NCBI GenBank assembly: GCA_039621445.1
Contig: CP154954.1
Span: forward strand, 25,494,954-25,558,953
DNA: 64,000 bases
Origin: Euglena gracilis
Lineage: Eukaryota
Direction: 5' to 3'
Under the pieces are notes generated by a model. It had not been told where the DNA came from and did not search any database. It saw nothing but the letters and a program-made list of their open reading frames with translations. Position 1 is the first letter of the stretch, and each line of letters starts with the position of its first letter. Positions 1 to 13,570 of this stretch are shown piece by piece. Made by a program: the position numbers and the translations under genes.

Positions 1-3000
1 CACCGAGGTGGCATTGTTATCCCCCACAGCCGGGACGGCAGACTGGGTGGGCGGGCAAGCTGCTAGTCCATGGAAACAATGGAAAATGGGGCGTCTTAAA
101 TGTGGCCATAAAACTCATTCTTTTGGAGGTAGAGAATATTTGATGTTTACACCTGGTTGGGTTGCGTGAAAGTATTGGGACTCAGCACCCCTGTTTTCTG
201 AGGGAAAAATGAGGCATTATTATTGTGGCAAAAACAGAAAAATTGTTCCTGGCCGAGGCGTCAGGAAGATTACATATGCGTAATTTTTGAAATTCTGGAA
301 GTCGTTATTTTTTTGAAGAAAGGTGTCCAGCAATCATGGGGGGTTACACATCATCGATTCCTCCCTGCAATTTCCAAACTGATGGCACGAAAACGATTGG
401 TCGTACGAGTTGGGGATCAGATATGCAAAATTTGCCCTTGGAGAGGACAATATTTCTCCTGTCATGTAGTGTGTTCCACTGCACGTTACGCAAAACATAA
501 AAAAACCAAGTTTTCTTCACCACACAATATCTTCAACACAATAGTTTGCGCACACAGTGGTCAGTGTGCGCAAATGCACACGTCAATTGTTAAGGATGAA
601 GAGCACTCTATAACACGGGGGCAAAACAAAGGTACATTTACAAGCCACCGTTCCATGTCACAAATTGCAAACGGTCCCCATTCAAAATCCTTGCCCAAGA
701 TTTATTTCCAGGTCCAAGAAAAGGCAGGAGTTGTGTTCCATGTGGTAATATAAAAATGTGGAGTATATTTCTCAAGTTTCACATGGTTAGTGTGCGCAAA
801 TTCGCACACCAACCATTCAAGCAATTGTGCTCACAAACCAGGTATGTATTTTGAGTTAGTGGTTGGTGTGCGCATTTGCGCACATCGCCCATCTACAAAA
901 TACACAAATGGTCGATGTGCGCAAATGCACACACCAACCCCTTACACAAAATGCAAATGTGGTCGATGTGCGCAAATGCGCACATCGACCCTCTTTTCAT
1001 AAACTTGTGTCAGGTGTGTTCCATCGCTACACACACATTTCGATCCTGTCGATAGCAGCAGAGTTCTGGAAAGTTTTTTATGCAACAATCGTCGCCTAAT
1101 TCACCTGCACATCACATCATCTCCGAATGGTGGAAAGTTGGTCCCTTTCATCATCACCCGGCAGTTACAGGCAGCACGGATGCACCAAACCCATAATCGT
1201 TACAGCCAGGGTGTACAACCCACCTATTTCACAGACGACAACACCAATCTGTCGCTCCAGATGTTTCACACTGCCGCTTCATCAGGCGCAGTCGGCGGTT
1301 CAAGGAAATTGTAAAAATGTTGATGTGCGTAATTGCGCACATTGACACAGAAAAAACAGCTTAGTGCGAGATGCGCCGCCTAAGCCCCCCCTCCCCTGCC
1401 TGTCCATAACACCCACCCCTGGGGTGGTTTGGGCATTTCCTTAAATAGAAGCTCTGAGGGAACCCTTGCCCGACCAAACCACCCTCCCCCCTCAGCGTTT
1501 GGGGGTCCACTGGATAATCCCCGTTTGTAATTGCTCCCTAACCCCACCCCCAAAAATAAGACCCGGGTCTTATTTTTTGGGTCCGTTTGCTGGAAATCTC
1601 CAGGGGGAGTCATATTTTTGGGGGTCTTACTTTTGGCTTTATTCCTGATCAATCTGGCCTGAAAAAGACATCACTTTCCAGGTTCCCAAAAAACACTGAA
1701 AATTTTAGTCGCATTCCAGAAAGGAAGATGACATTATTTCTTATTCATGGGTCTCAGATCAAACCTTTCCAAATGATGTTGCCGTACCGCGACCTCGAGT
1801 GTTCAAAACCCAACAAAATCCCAACAACAACACCAAAATGCCAAAGTGTCTGGAGGTGTTTGGCAACATGGGTGCCAAACACCACAAAATGATTTTTTTC
1901 TTCACTTCTTGTCCCTTGACCTCCTTGTATGCAAGCCTGGCCCTTTGTTAGCTCTGTTTCTTTGGCATTTCCCCCATATCTGCTTGCAGGCGCATTTCCC
2001 AGAGGTTGCCCCCCCCCCGTCTTAAGTCTTGGCTGGGAAGGACGTCGTGCAAGTTGGGGGGCAGTTGTTGGAGTTAGGTTTGGGCGGGGGGGGGGGGGGG
2101 AGGAACCGGCATGGTACAGCGATGTGTGCTTATCCTGAAATGGTAACTCAGATAAGCCTGAGACCCCCAACTACAGTTTGGATCAGCCCGACCCTCAAAT
2201 ACGGATTGATGAGGATAATGGAATGATGGATTGGTAAGGAAAATAAGCATGACGAACGAGGATTCGACAGGGACGGGAGTGGGTTTCAAGCAGCCCAGTG
2301 TCAGCGTACATCAGCGTGTATTGGATGTAGGCCATTCGTTTTTATTCTGGTGTTTTGGATGGTTGACCAGCGTTGCAACTAAGGAAACCACAGATAACGA
2401 CTTTTTACACGGAAAATTGCAAATTTCGGATGACCACGGATAACGGCGGTTTATACGGAAAACTGCCATTTTGTATGAACAAAAAAACCATAAAAAATTC
2501 CCAGCACGGTGTGTGGAGGGCGATGTGCTCCCACAGGGGTATGCCAACATGGCTCCACCCCTGGAGGCGTGTCCAGCACTTCGGCCCCTGTCCGCGACGC
2601 ATATCCGTCTCGGCGCCTTTGTCCCGTCGTCCGTCGCGTCCCATCGCCCATCCCGTCCCATTGGGGAGCCCCACTTCCCCCAGCGTCTGCTCCTCTCCGT
2701 GCGTTGACATCCCATGGGTTTGGTCTCTTCTTGCCTGCTGTGCCCCCCCCACTCACAAGCCCCCCCTCCCCGGAGGGATTTAGATGGTCCGATTTGGTCC
2801 GATTTAGATGGTCCGATCAAAACTGAACATTTTTCCCCACCTGTCAACCCCCGGTGAGAGATACTCAAAATTTTGTTTGAGGGTGTGCGGAAACAGAACG
2901 CAACTTTTTTTGCAAGTTTTTGTAGGACCGTTTGCAGGCGGATCTCCGCACATATGAATTGATGAAACGTTGGAAAGCTTCATGCACAGCTGCCGGCGTG

Positions 3001-5361
3001 TTGTATTTTTATTTTGTATGGTGGATGGTGCTGTGTCAGGGATGGGGATGGGGATGCAGCACACACGGCATTTGAATGATGTGAGTGAGCCGCATACCTT
3101 TCAGGCGGAAACCTGCGCAGAAGGGATTGATAATGAGAAGAGTTCGTGTTTGTGGATGACACGTGGCAGCGGGAAGTGGGAACGCGCTGAAACCTCCAGA
3201 GGTCGGTCATCGTGTGAGGTTGTTAATGAACAAATTTGGGGGAGAGGGAGGGTGACTTTGAGACGTTAGTGAATGGTAAGAGTGGGCGGTTATCCGCCCA
3301 CTCCGCTTTTATTTTGCACGGGTTTCCGCCCAGATGTGGTTTGGGCGGAAACCTGCGTGGAGCTTGTTGGTGTCCCGATGGGTTGTGTCTGTGATGTTTT
3401 GGTGTCCCGAAGTGTCCCGGTGTCGGTGGTGGTGCGCGGCGACATAATTTTTAAAAGTTGGGCTGGACAGGTTGAAAGGGAGCTGTGGTTGCTGCACCTT
3501 GGCAGCAAGCACCCAAGCAGGCGGAAACCCGCCTGGCTTTTGAGCAGGAGGTGGACACCCTCCTCTCCAGTGAGGAGGCGGCAATGTTCCCCCTGGCCGG
3601 TGGTGGGGTCGTCTGCAGGTACAGCAGTGGAACACATGTGTCAGTTGCCCGGCCGGCTGTGCTGCAGTAGAGGTGATGTTTTTCACTGTCCTGAAAAACA
3701 GCAAAAAAAAACCTGAGGTTGATTTCTCAAAAGGGAAGACGCACCTCCTAGGGCCCTCTATTTGGACCCAACGTTGTTGGTGGTCCAAAATCAGGGTTTG
3801 GGGATGGCTGACGAAGAAGTGATTCAAGATATGGACGGAGAAACGCCTGTTTCAGCGGCTGGTGGCGGCAATCGAAAAATTTTGGGGGGGTTTCGGAAGG
3901 GGTTCTCCATGTTCTGAAAAAATCAAGGCCTTTTTAATTGTTTTTTGAAAGAGTTTTCCAGCATTTTTCCTTTGAAAAGCTGCAGTTTTTGCTGAAATTC
4001 AGACAAAATGCCCAAACCACCTCTTTTTTTCTGGCTCTCCTTCCTTTAGGTCCGGCAACGTGCCTCCAGAGGAGGCAACAGTGGTCTCCACAGTCAGAAA
4101 CCGCGTGGAGGGGGGTAAACCAGAAGGTTGTCTGTTCTCAACCAACGCCGGGTCGATGTTTGACCCGATGCAGTTGGCATCCATGTAACCCCCCTGAGCA
4201 CAAGTGTTTCCGACCAGGGGTGGTCCTTTTCAAAACCACCCCTGCTCTGAGTGCCCGAGTTTAAAGGTCGCAGGTCTCCTCTCGTTTGGTCAACCCCCTC
4301 TTGTGCAATCTCCTCTCCCTGGTTTCCATAAACCTCGACCCCTCAAACCCTACACAACACGCCAGACACCATTCAGTTGCAAATTTTCCAAGCTTGGCAA
4401 CTAAATCTGTCGGGGGGAGGGATAAAAAGAAGGCCAGGGGGGGGGGGCGCCTTAAAAAGAAGCCCTCCCCACCATTCCTCTTTTGCCCAAAATGGTCACC
4501 ACCTCGAAGTCACTGCCCGCGTTGACAGGGGTTGCCATCTTGCATAATTCAAAGTTGGGGTCCAGTATACTCACTGCACTGTGAGCCGCCTGCCAATCTG
4601 ACCTGAGGCTGGGTTTGGCCTGGGCTGGGTCAGTGAAGGTGGGAAAACCTGCTCCCAGAGGAATGGCCTCGATTCTCCACCGCGCACGAAGCATAGCTGG
4701 CTGGGGCACTGCTGCGTGGGGCGGGGCCGTGCCAGTGTGCACACACCATTACCACAACCCATGGGCTGGCAGAGGCTTTGCTGCTGACGGTTGGGTACCC
4801 ACAAGATTCTCAGGTGTACCAACATTCAATTCCTACTATATACCCTGACCCCCCCCCCCGGGTATAGGTCAATTTCAGCCTGACCATAACAAGTTGCAGG
4901 GTTCATTTCCCACGGAACAGATATTGGCCCAGGTAAACAATTTTGTGCACCTCTGACATCACACCCCACCACATCTCATTGCCCCACCACACAACACATC
5001 ACGCCCCAAGTTTTGTCGCTTCCCATTGCAAATTTGCGAGCCTCTTTTTTCGCGTCCTCATGGCCATCATTTCATCATTTTTCTCATGTGGTAACGTTGT
5101 CTGAGAACTGAACCCATGTCCCCAAGCGGTTTTTTGGCGGTATTTTTTTAAAAATCTTTTTTTAAAAGTTTAAAAATTTAAACACCCAGGATTATACAGC
5201 AGTTTTGAAGGATTAAAGGTTTCTCAAGCCCCTGTTTCTGAGGTTGTGTGCCCCCCCCCTTTTGCTTCACACTCATCGGCCTGTCAATGGACCCATGCGG
5301 CGGAGGGAGGGGGACGCGCCCCCAACCAACCCCCCCCCCTTGCCCCAGAGGCCTCCGACCG

Positions 5362-5522
5362 ATGGGCTGCACTACCTCCGGGGCCACTGCCATCTCGCAC
5401 GCGGCGGGGCTCCTGGCGACGCCGGCCGCCCCGCCCCGGCGGCCCCACCCCTCCCCACCCGCCACGGCCCCCGCCCGCACCCCCGCCGTGTGGCCTGGTA
5501 TGTATGTATGTGTGTATGTATG

Positions 5523-5556
<34 letters not shown>

Positions 5557-7750
5557 TGTATGTATGTATGTATGTATGTATGTATGTATGTATGTATGTA
5601 TGTATGTATGTATGTATGTATGTATGTATGTATGTACGTGTGTGTGTACGTGTGTATGTATGTATGTATGTATGTATGTATGTATGTATGTATGTATGTA
5701 TGTATGTATGTATGTATGTATGTATGTATGTATGTATGTATGTATGTATGTATGTATGTATGTATGTATGTATGTATGTATGTATGTATGTATGTATGTA
5801 TGTATGTATGTATGTGTGTGTATGTATGGATGTATGTATGTATGTATGTATGTATGTATGTATGTATGTATGTATGTATGTATGTATGTATGGATGGATG
5901 GATGGATGGATGGATGATGGATGGATGGATGGATGGATGTATGGATGTATATATGGATGTATGGATGTTCATATCAGAACATACATTCTGGTTTTCTCAC
6001 TTTTTCCACCATTCAATTCAACTCAAGACTGTCGAAAATTTTTTGAATCTTTCGAAGCATTTCGCTTCACCGGTCCTCCACAGTGGGCCGATGTTTGGTC
6101 GCCACATCCAGACCACAGTACCTGGGGGGGGGGGGGGTGTCAGCCTCTGCTGCAGGGGTGGGCATGTATCGCACTGCCCCCACCGCTCCACTCCAACACC
6201 CCCTCTGAGTCGGCGTTCGATAGCCTGGGGGAGCAAACCGAGGACGAGGACTCCCCCAGCCAGACCCCTCCCGCCCTCCCCTCCGTGCCGTGGGCTCTTC
6301 TGGTTTTGCATGTGGGCGAGGTAATGAGAGATTTTCACCGCACTTCTATCGCGGGTGTCTCTTGCTTGGCTCTAGTGTGGCTGACGTTCAATACCTGCAC
6401 CTCCTCCAGGACGTGCGGAGTACGGTGGGCCGATATATGGCCGGACCACAGTCACACTGGTCAGGGGTGACCAACATGACACCGGAATGTGGCTTACCCC
6501 CCGCCCCCTGCAGCCCTGCGGCCACGACGATGGGGGGCTCTGCGGCCGACAGCCTCCGCACGCTGTCCGACGTGGAGGTGGGCAGCAGCGCCTCCACAGT
6601 CCAGCGCAGCCCCCGGCGGCGGCCGCGCCGCAACGTCCCGCTAAAGTTCCGCGTCCGGGCCAGCCCGGTCTCCCCCCGGCCGGTGCGGGACCCGCCGCCC
6701 ACCCCCCAGCCCGCCGCCATGGGCCACTGCGCTCCATCCCGCCCATCATCCGCCCAATATGGCATTTGGGTCAGCCATGCCACTGTTTCGGTGGGGGGGG
6801 TACCCCAGCCCCCTTTTGACCGGGGGGGGGGGGGTCCGACCCACTCCCCCCACCTGCCTTTTTGTTGAGCCCTGTTGGGGGGCTGTGCATGGGCCAGTTT
6901 TCCAAGAAAGAATAAATGGGAGAGTTGGTTTGGGAAAATTTCCCCCTGGGTCATCAGTGAATCTATGATTGAAGCCCAGATGCAAGAACTAACACACATC
7001 TATTTGTTTTGTCAGTCGTTTAAGTCATCCAAGTTGTCTTATATTCATTCAAATTTCTTTCGCCTCTTGGGAAGTTGGGTGGAAAAATTTAAATCCCAAA
7101 TTTTGCTGTCCAATCCAAGGTGGTTTGTCTGTTCACAAAGGAAAGCATTTTGAGGAATTTGATTTGTGCCGGGAAACAGCGCTCGTGGTTAGTTTATCAG
7201 TTGACAGCGGTCAAAAGAAAATTTTCATTCCCTGAGATGTGTCACTGGCTGCAGCCCAGGGGGGGGGGGTCTGTTTTGGGGGGGGGGGGGGAGGCATCTC
7301 AGGGCAGCTTCCTCCGCATTGGCGGGAACCTTCCTGCAGCCTTGTTTTTTTTTGGGTTTCGTTTCCCGCACAGCAGATTTTAGCTTTTAGCTTACCTTTC
7401 AGCACACCAGATTTTAGTCGGGTGCCGACCCCACCCTACCTAGGACTCCGACCCCCCCCCCCGGGTTGGTAAAAAAAACAGCCTGGGTCACGCGAGCGTG
7501 GCCCATCCCCCAACCCCAGCCGCCCCCCGGGGCCCGTCCCCCTGCCGCGGACCAGCCGCGTGCACCCGCTGTTCCCCCCGCGGCCGGCGTGCCCGTACCA
7601 GGTGGGCCCGGGGGGCCGCAAGTTGCCGCAGCTGCAGTGCGGCATCTGAGGGGTCGGCAGGGCCCGGCCACCCGTCCGCCCCCCCCATTGTCCCCCCTCG
7701 GGTGTCCGCCGGTGAAGCTGGAGCGAAGAGGAAGCACTCAGATCGCAGCG
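5362..7750 (+). CDS. Putative multi-exon gene, Pro/Ser-rich unknown protein with N-terminal MGCTTS acylation-type motif. Candidate exons 5362-5497, ~6182-6289, 6514-~6773, ~7491-7750; may continue (e.g. ~12146-12240, ~19100-19570)
   Basis: Pyrimidine tract + AG (5347-5348) before ATG 5362, donor G|GTATGT at 5498, and a phase-compatible GT-AG intron 6290-6513. The GC-rich blocks encode SESAFDSLGEQTEDEDSPSQ and SLRTLSDVEVGSS...RRNVPLKFRVRASPVSPR. The full exon chain is not resolved. Confidence 0.45.
5498..5968 (+). repeat. (TATG)n then (TGGA)n microsatellite
   Basis: Direct inspection. Confidence 0.98.
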
Positions 7751-8139
7751 TCAAGTTTCAGAATGACTTATTTGGGGGAGGGTCACACATTAATGAAAGT
7801 TGGGTGAGCCCAGCCAGGTGAAGAGGAGTTGTGTAGGCTCCACTGCCTGGGGGGGGGGGGGTATTCACCTCATTTGTCCAAGATACCACCTGTCATCGAC
7901 ATCCCACCCGTGTCAACAATACATCCATGTCATTATTAGACCAGGTTTTGAATAGTGCTGAGCTCTTAATGGGACATGCATGTAATGGAAGGCAGGAAAG
8001 ACTAGCGTAGCAAAGTTCGCGTAATTTATAATTACCAAACTACACTGTTTCAATTTACGGTGATTTTCAGTGATTTTACGGTAATTTCTGAAATGCTAAT
8101 GTTAACACCCCATACACCCCATACCCGTTTTATAGGATT

Positions 8140-9290
8140 TTGTCGACTTTTTTGGCCCGTTTTTGACCCAAAGTCAATGGGTTTCGGGCCCAAAACGGGG
8201 CGCTGGCGGGTCGAAAAACGCTCATTTTTGGCTCAAAAACAGGTTTTCCGGGTCCGGGAGGCCAACAAAACATCGTTTTGGGCAAAAAAAATCGATTTTT
8301 TTCGACTTTTTTTGCCCCAGTTTTAACCCAAAGTCAATGATGGGTGTCGGGTGCAAAACGGGGCGCTCTTTTTTGGGCTCAAAAACAGGTTTTCTGGGTC
8401 TGGGAGGCCAAAAAGCACCGTTTCAGGCAAAAAAAAAATCGACTTTTTTGACCTGTTTTCGACCCAAAGTCAATGGGTTGGCGGCCCAAAACAGTGCGCT
8501 GGCGGGTCGAAAAAAAAAATGGCTAAAGTCAAAACAGGCCAAAACTGCACAAAATGACCAAAATTGGCCAAAAAAGTGTCCGTACTCGGGCCAGGCGGGG
8601 AGTTGCGGGGAAATCAAAGTACCGTTACATTTTAGGATTTTAAGGGCTTCAAATTAGGTCTCTGGACATTTCCTTTTTGCTTCATTTTCGAGATATTTTG
8701 AAAAAATCAATCTTTGACCGAAAAAACGGCCCAAAAAAAAAAACACCCAAAAATGGCCGTTTTGGGCCGCAAAAGCACGCCGGAACACGGCGGCCAAAAC
8801 GGCGAACGGGGGGCGATGGAGGGCCTCCGGGGGTACATTTCGTCAGACCGACATTTCTGGATATAATGGACGTTTTCTCGAGATATTTTCGAAAAATCGA
8901 TTTTTTGACCGATTTTTTAACCCCAGCCAAATGGCAGAGTTGGAAGAGTGGGGGAGGGGGCGGGCCAATCCTACCCAGTTTGGACCCCTTCGCGCGTGAG
9001 TAACTCGGGTCTGGCGGGCAGTGATTCGGAAACCAGAAATCCAGTTGCTCGTGACTGGAAAAAAAATTCCGGAGCGGAGCCGGAATCATGGTGATAATCC
9101 GCCGGTTCCCGAGGTGGCCCCGACCGGGGGAGAGGGGGGGCGGGGGGAGGGGGGTTCCGACCCCCCTTTTCCCAGGAGTAAGCTTCGCTCTTACTCTAAA
9201 GAGATAAGAGCTCAGCGACCCCCCCCACTTATAAACCCCCCTTGCAAACAAACCAGATCCTATAAACTCTGGGGGTTTATAGGATAGGGG
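8140..9290 (+). repeat. Dispersed ~1.1 kb repeat, with a second copy at ~14120-14750 and 3' portions at ~38480-38750 and ~32510-32665
   Basis: Shared blocks AAAAAAATCGATTTTTTCGACTTTTT, GGGCGGGCCAATCCTACCCAGTTTGG and TAAGCTTCGCTCTTACTCTAAAGAGATAAGAGCTCAGCGAC. Confidence 0.75.
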
Positions 9291-9481
9291 CTCGGTGTTT
9301 TTCATGCATCTTAGGCGGCCAATCTCGCACTTAAAACGCATTTGTGTTCCTTTGGGCAATTCGCAAAAGAACAAAAAGGTTGTTTGGTTATTTTTTCAAG
9401 GGGTTAAGGTCCAGGTTTTTGAAATTCTGTCTGTGGATTTTCGCCACTTTCCGTGGTGAACCCCAGGGGAAAGGCCAAGAC

Positions 9482-9962
9482 CAGGGGTTTTCTGAAGCCG
9501 GAGGGGACCCTATCCCGGGGGGGGGGGTCCAGCCAGCCAGCAGCTCAAATCCAGCCAGCAGCCCAAATTCGGGCTGGGAGCCCCCCCCCCCGGGGGTCGA
9601 GTGAAATAAAGTTGGTTCCAGCCTGGCCTCCGGCCGGGCCAGCCGGCCGCAGGCTGGCCAGCTAAATGGGCTGCCCAGCTCACCTATCCCTGCATTTTTT
9701 CAGTAATTAGGCTGTTCCTCCAGTCCCGATCCAGCCTTGATCTAGCTCCATCCATCAAAATGTCGAAAATGGCAAAAAAAAATTCGTAAATTTTTGTTTT
9801 TCATCGACCCAGCCCAGCCCAGCCCCCTCCAGCCCCTCCCCCCCCCCTCCCCCCCCCTTATGCCCCCCGGGGGGGTCCAGCCAGCAGCTCATTTCCAGCC
9901 AGCAGTCTTTTTGCCAGCCGGAGGCTGGACCCCCCCCCCCGGGGTCTTTAAGAAAACCCCTG
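9482..9962. mobile_element. hAT-like MITE, family E (CAGGGGTTTTCT...AGAAAACCCCTG)
   Basis: 12-bp TIR, TSD gccaagac/tgcaagac (6/8), and many internal CCAGCC repeats. A related right end is at ~21240-21328. Confidence 0.8.
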
Positions 9963-12900
9963 TGCAAGACTTGGTGTTTTTGGCCCTCTGAAAACTGCGG
10001 ACTTGGAATCCGAATACCGAATACCCCCAGGATTGACCCTGGGAAATTCACGAACTCACACAAAACCCCTCTTATCCTTCGCATCTCCTGTGTAGGTGGT
10101 GTTGTGGAGGCCTGGTGTCAGGTCCATCCCTTTGGTTGCTTTTCTGATTTTCTATAAGTGTGTCTTCTTTTGAGCAAAGGAATAATTCAAATGGCTCATT
10201 TGTTTGTGCAGGTGTCCCAAAATTGATTTTATTTGCTGAAGCTTTAACAGTGGGTCTTTCTGAGACATGAGGAGTGGAACTGCAACGTCCACAGATCGAG
10301 GTTTTTGTTCAGCATATCTGAGTTTAATATGGAAAGTGTGTCAGGGTATTGCACTATATGCCCCCCTGAACGCAGAGATTCTCAGGCAGCAAGCACATCC
10401 ATTTGCAGGCAATGTACTGCGCCTCATTTTATTACAATAGACCAGGTGAAGGATAAATCCTTGAAATGTTTTTCATTTTGATGTTTCAGGGGTAATAAAA
10501 CAGTTTTTTCACAGGCTCAATTGCCGATGCCCAAATTCAGACCCAGGAGACGGGTCTTTTGCTATATTTGATTTTCAGCAATTCAACAATGAAGAGGTAA
10601 TCACAGATCTTTTATCTGAACGGACCGTTTTGCAATTGCACAAGTGTTGTTTTGGAAAATTGTGCACAGGAGCATTCCTTTGTCAGAACACGCAAAGAAG
10701 CCAACAATTTTTTTTTAAGGCAAAATGTATGGCGGCGTGTAGGGCTCCTCCTCTATGTGTTCCAGCAACACCCCAAGTTGATGGGGTAGCCGTTGGAAGG
10801 CTCCCAAACACAATGCTGGGCATATGTGCCCTGTATGCTGTGTATGCTGTGTGGGACACCCTAATTTTCAAAATCCTTGCATTTCGTCTTTCAGTCCTGA
10901 GGCACCAGACCACATCCCGACCACATTTTACGCGTGGGTGGCATTTATTGGAACTATCAAAAAAAGTTCTTTTGCGCAATGGTGCACAGGAAGCAGCCAA
11001 CTAAACCCGCCCCTAAAATAAGACCCCCCCATAAAATGGAGCCCCCCAAAAATAAGACCCCCGCTGGCCGGTCCGAACCAAAATCCATAAAATGGACCCA
11101 CCCCCATAAATAAGACCCCCCCCTGCCGGCGCGAAGCGCCTGATTTTTGAAAAATGGGACATTTTTGGGGGGATAAATCTGTCATTTTGGGACAGTTTTC
11201 ACACAATTCAGCATATTTTACCCTATTTGTCTGGCGCGAAGCGCCGAATTTTTCGAAAATTGGTATCATGAGGGGCATTTTTGGACTTTTTTGGGGGTCG
11301 AAAAGTTTTCCAGCAAAAATCCATATTCGGACCCCCCCCCCATGACCCCCCCTCGTGCTTTCACAAAAACCGACCCATGAAATGGACCCCCGGGGGGGTT
11401 ATTGCGAGATCGGCCGCTCAGTTGGAGCACCGTATTCGACACACCTTTGCATTCTGTCTTTAACACCCCCCGTGTCAACGAAAACATGCATGCCGGAACG
11501 TTGGCATGTCCGGGACAAAGTGCAACTGAAAGCAGGGGCTCCAGTTTGGCCCAGTCCACCACTGTCAGGTTCTCTCCGGGTTTTGCCGGATGCCCAAGCC
11601 CTGTCCTGGCGCTTCCTTTCGTCTGGGGGTGGCGGCCAACCGTCGATCCCCCCAAAAGCCCGCCATTTGGCGGACGGGTGCCCCCCCCCCATCTCGCTTT
11701 CTTCGCTGCCTTCTCCGCCCGTCCTCCGCCGCTCCGACTCACCTGCGTCGCCCCCCCCCCCCCCCGTCCCGCGCCGCACACCGCAGTGGGGACAGCGAAC
11801 CGTAGGCGACGGGCAGAGAGGAGGACGCCCTGGCCGGTTCGAGGCTCCTGTGCAGGCAGCCAGTGAATCCATTGGCCCGGGACAACAATCCCGCCGACGA
11901 CCCTCCTCACCGTAAGGGAGCAAATGGCCCTCTTTTTAGAGATTCACAAAATATCACTCCGAGTTGGGTTTTTTTTATCGTATTCGGAAAAACTGCCGTT
12001 TGTGTGGCGTTTGAAAGCAAATGAGTTCTGTGAAAGATTTTTTTTATCGAAAGCCAAAAAACTTCAGTTGTGTTGTCGATACTGATATGCTGTGCAAAGT
12101 GAAATCAAACGAAGTAAAACAAAACAAATTGTTTCTTTCACATTTGAAGGAGGAGGGCACCACTGCCCTCGTGTCGCTGGTGTCCCTCGTGGGCTCCGGA
12201 CCATCCCCCCCCTTCCAATTCAAGTCGGAGTATCAAGACCATCCTCCACCGGTAGTATCCGCATCGGTTATCCAATGTGGTGGTCTTCGCAAAAGAACAA
12301 TTTCCGATAATTTTTGGAAAATTGTCCCAAAGTTTCAAAGTCAAAAAGACGCATTTAGCCGATTTTTGGGGGCAATTATTTAGGGCCAGGTTTTTGCCAA
12401 CAGTTCTACTGTGCATGTGGGTGGGTCACATGAGGAATCTCATCAGGATGGAGCCCAACACTGGACTGTTCGTTGTGAAGTTCTCCTTTCCTCTTCCCTC
12501 AAGCCAGAGTCATATTTGGCTCCGTCGCATTGTGGCCACACGTGCAAATGATCAAACCATGAATCATGTCGGGAAGGCGTTCAAAATACCTCCAAGGAGA
12601 GCCTTATTTTGGATTTATCAACTTCTGGCCAAGAAACCATCATTTCTGGGGTGTTCCCAATAACACAAGAAAACCTTTCGGTGCTTTGCACTGTTCACAA
12701 ATTGGTCTGATACGCGATTCCGTGTGATTGCTGGTCCGAAAAATTCCGAAGTATCAACGATCTCATCATCGTTGTCCTTGACAATTGGGGTTTGGGGTAT
12801 TTTGAAGCTTTTTTTTATCGCCGTGAAGCGCCGTCGGGCGGTCTTCAATTTGTTGGGGAAGGCAAATACCTTGTTCCTAATGATGAAGAGCAACGACGGA

Positions 12901-13175
12901 GAGCTATGGCACCATTAAGGACCAGAAAGCAATGCAGTATTTTATTTCCAAAATAGGAATCACACAGTCAGAAAATCGATGGAAATTGCCACTCAGATAC
13001 AGCCGCACACTCTTTTTGCACACAGAGCATGGTATCCCTCCTGGAAATGAGACAGTTCATTTTTTTTTGTTACTGTCAGGGAAGGTCTTGTTGGTCCAAT
13101 GAGATACAGGGACATTTGCAATGGCAGGAGATCTGGTGGAAATTGGTTTCAGTAAAGTGCACGTTGTTAAAAGCA

Positions 13176-13570
13176 TTTTATAACTCCCCCCCAAATAATC
13201 CCCCCCCCAAAATACTACCCTCCCTCGGGGTCCGACTTCGGCGACCGGGTTAATACCCCCCCCCAGTTTAGGGCCAAAGGCCCGGATTCTGACCTGAAAA
13301 CGTTGTTAAGGATCACAAACTCTGACAACGAATTACGAAAAAAAATCTATTTTTCTTGATCATCTGACCTCCAAAGAATGCCAAATTTAATAAGAAAGTA
13401 CAAAAATGACCCCAAAGGGGAGTTTTGGTGCTATTTTGGCTCCTACGGGACTTCGAAAATTTCGAAAGTTTTGGGGTGCTCTGACCCCCCCCCAATAATA
13501 CCTCCCTCAGGCCGGGATTTCGGGCGAAAAAAATGATACCCTAGCGGTGTATTATTTGGGGGGTTTACTC
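13176..13570 (+). mobile_element. MITE-like repeat family H
   Basis: Inverted ends CCCCCCAAATAAT / ATTATTTGGGGGG. A reverse-oriented copy is at ~50215-50525 and a fragment at ~23415-23480. Confidence 0.65.

Noticed and set aside
540-1345. CRISPR-like array of palindromic repeats
   Set aside because: Spacing is irregular, repeats are variable, the context is eukaryotic, and there are no cas genes.
4216-4244. Tiny CAGGGGTGGT...ACCACCCCTG hairpin as a mini-intron
   Set aside because: No 8-nt flanking repeat and no supportable exon context.
5178-6470. Long ORFs (223-408 aa) of MYVC/HTYI repeats
   Set aside because: Stop-free translations of (TATG)n. The same applies at 53266-54463 and 61425-62939.
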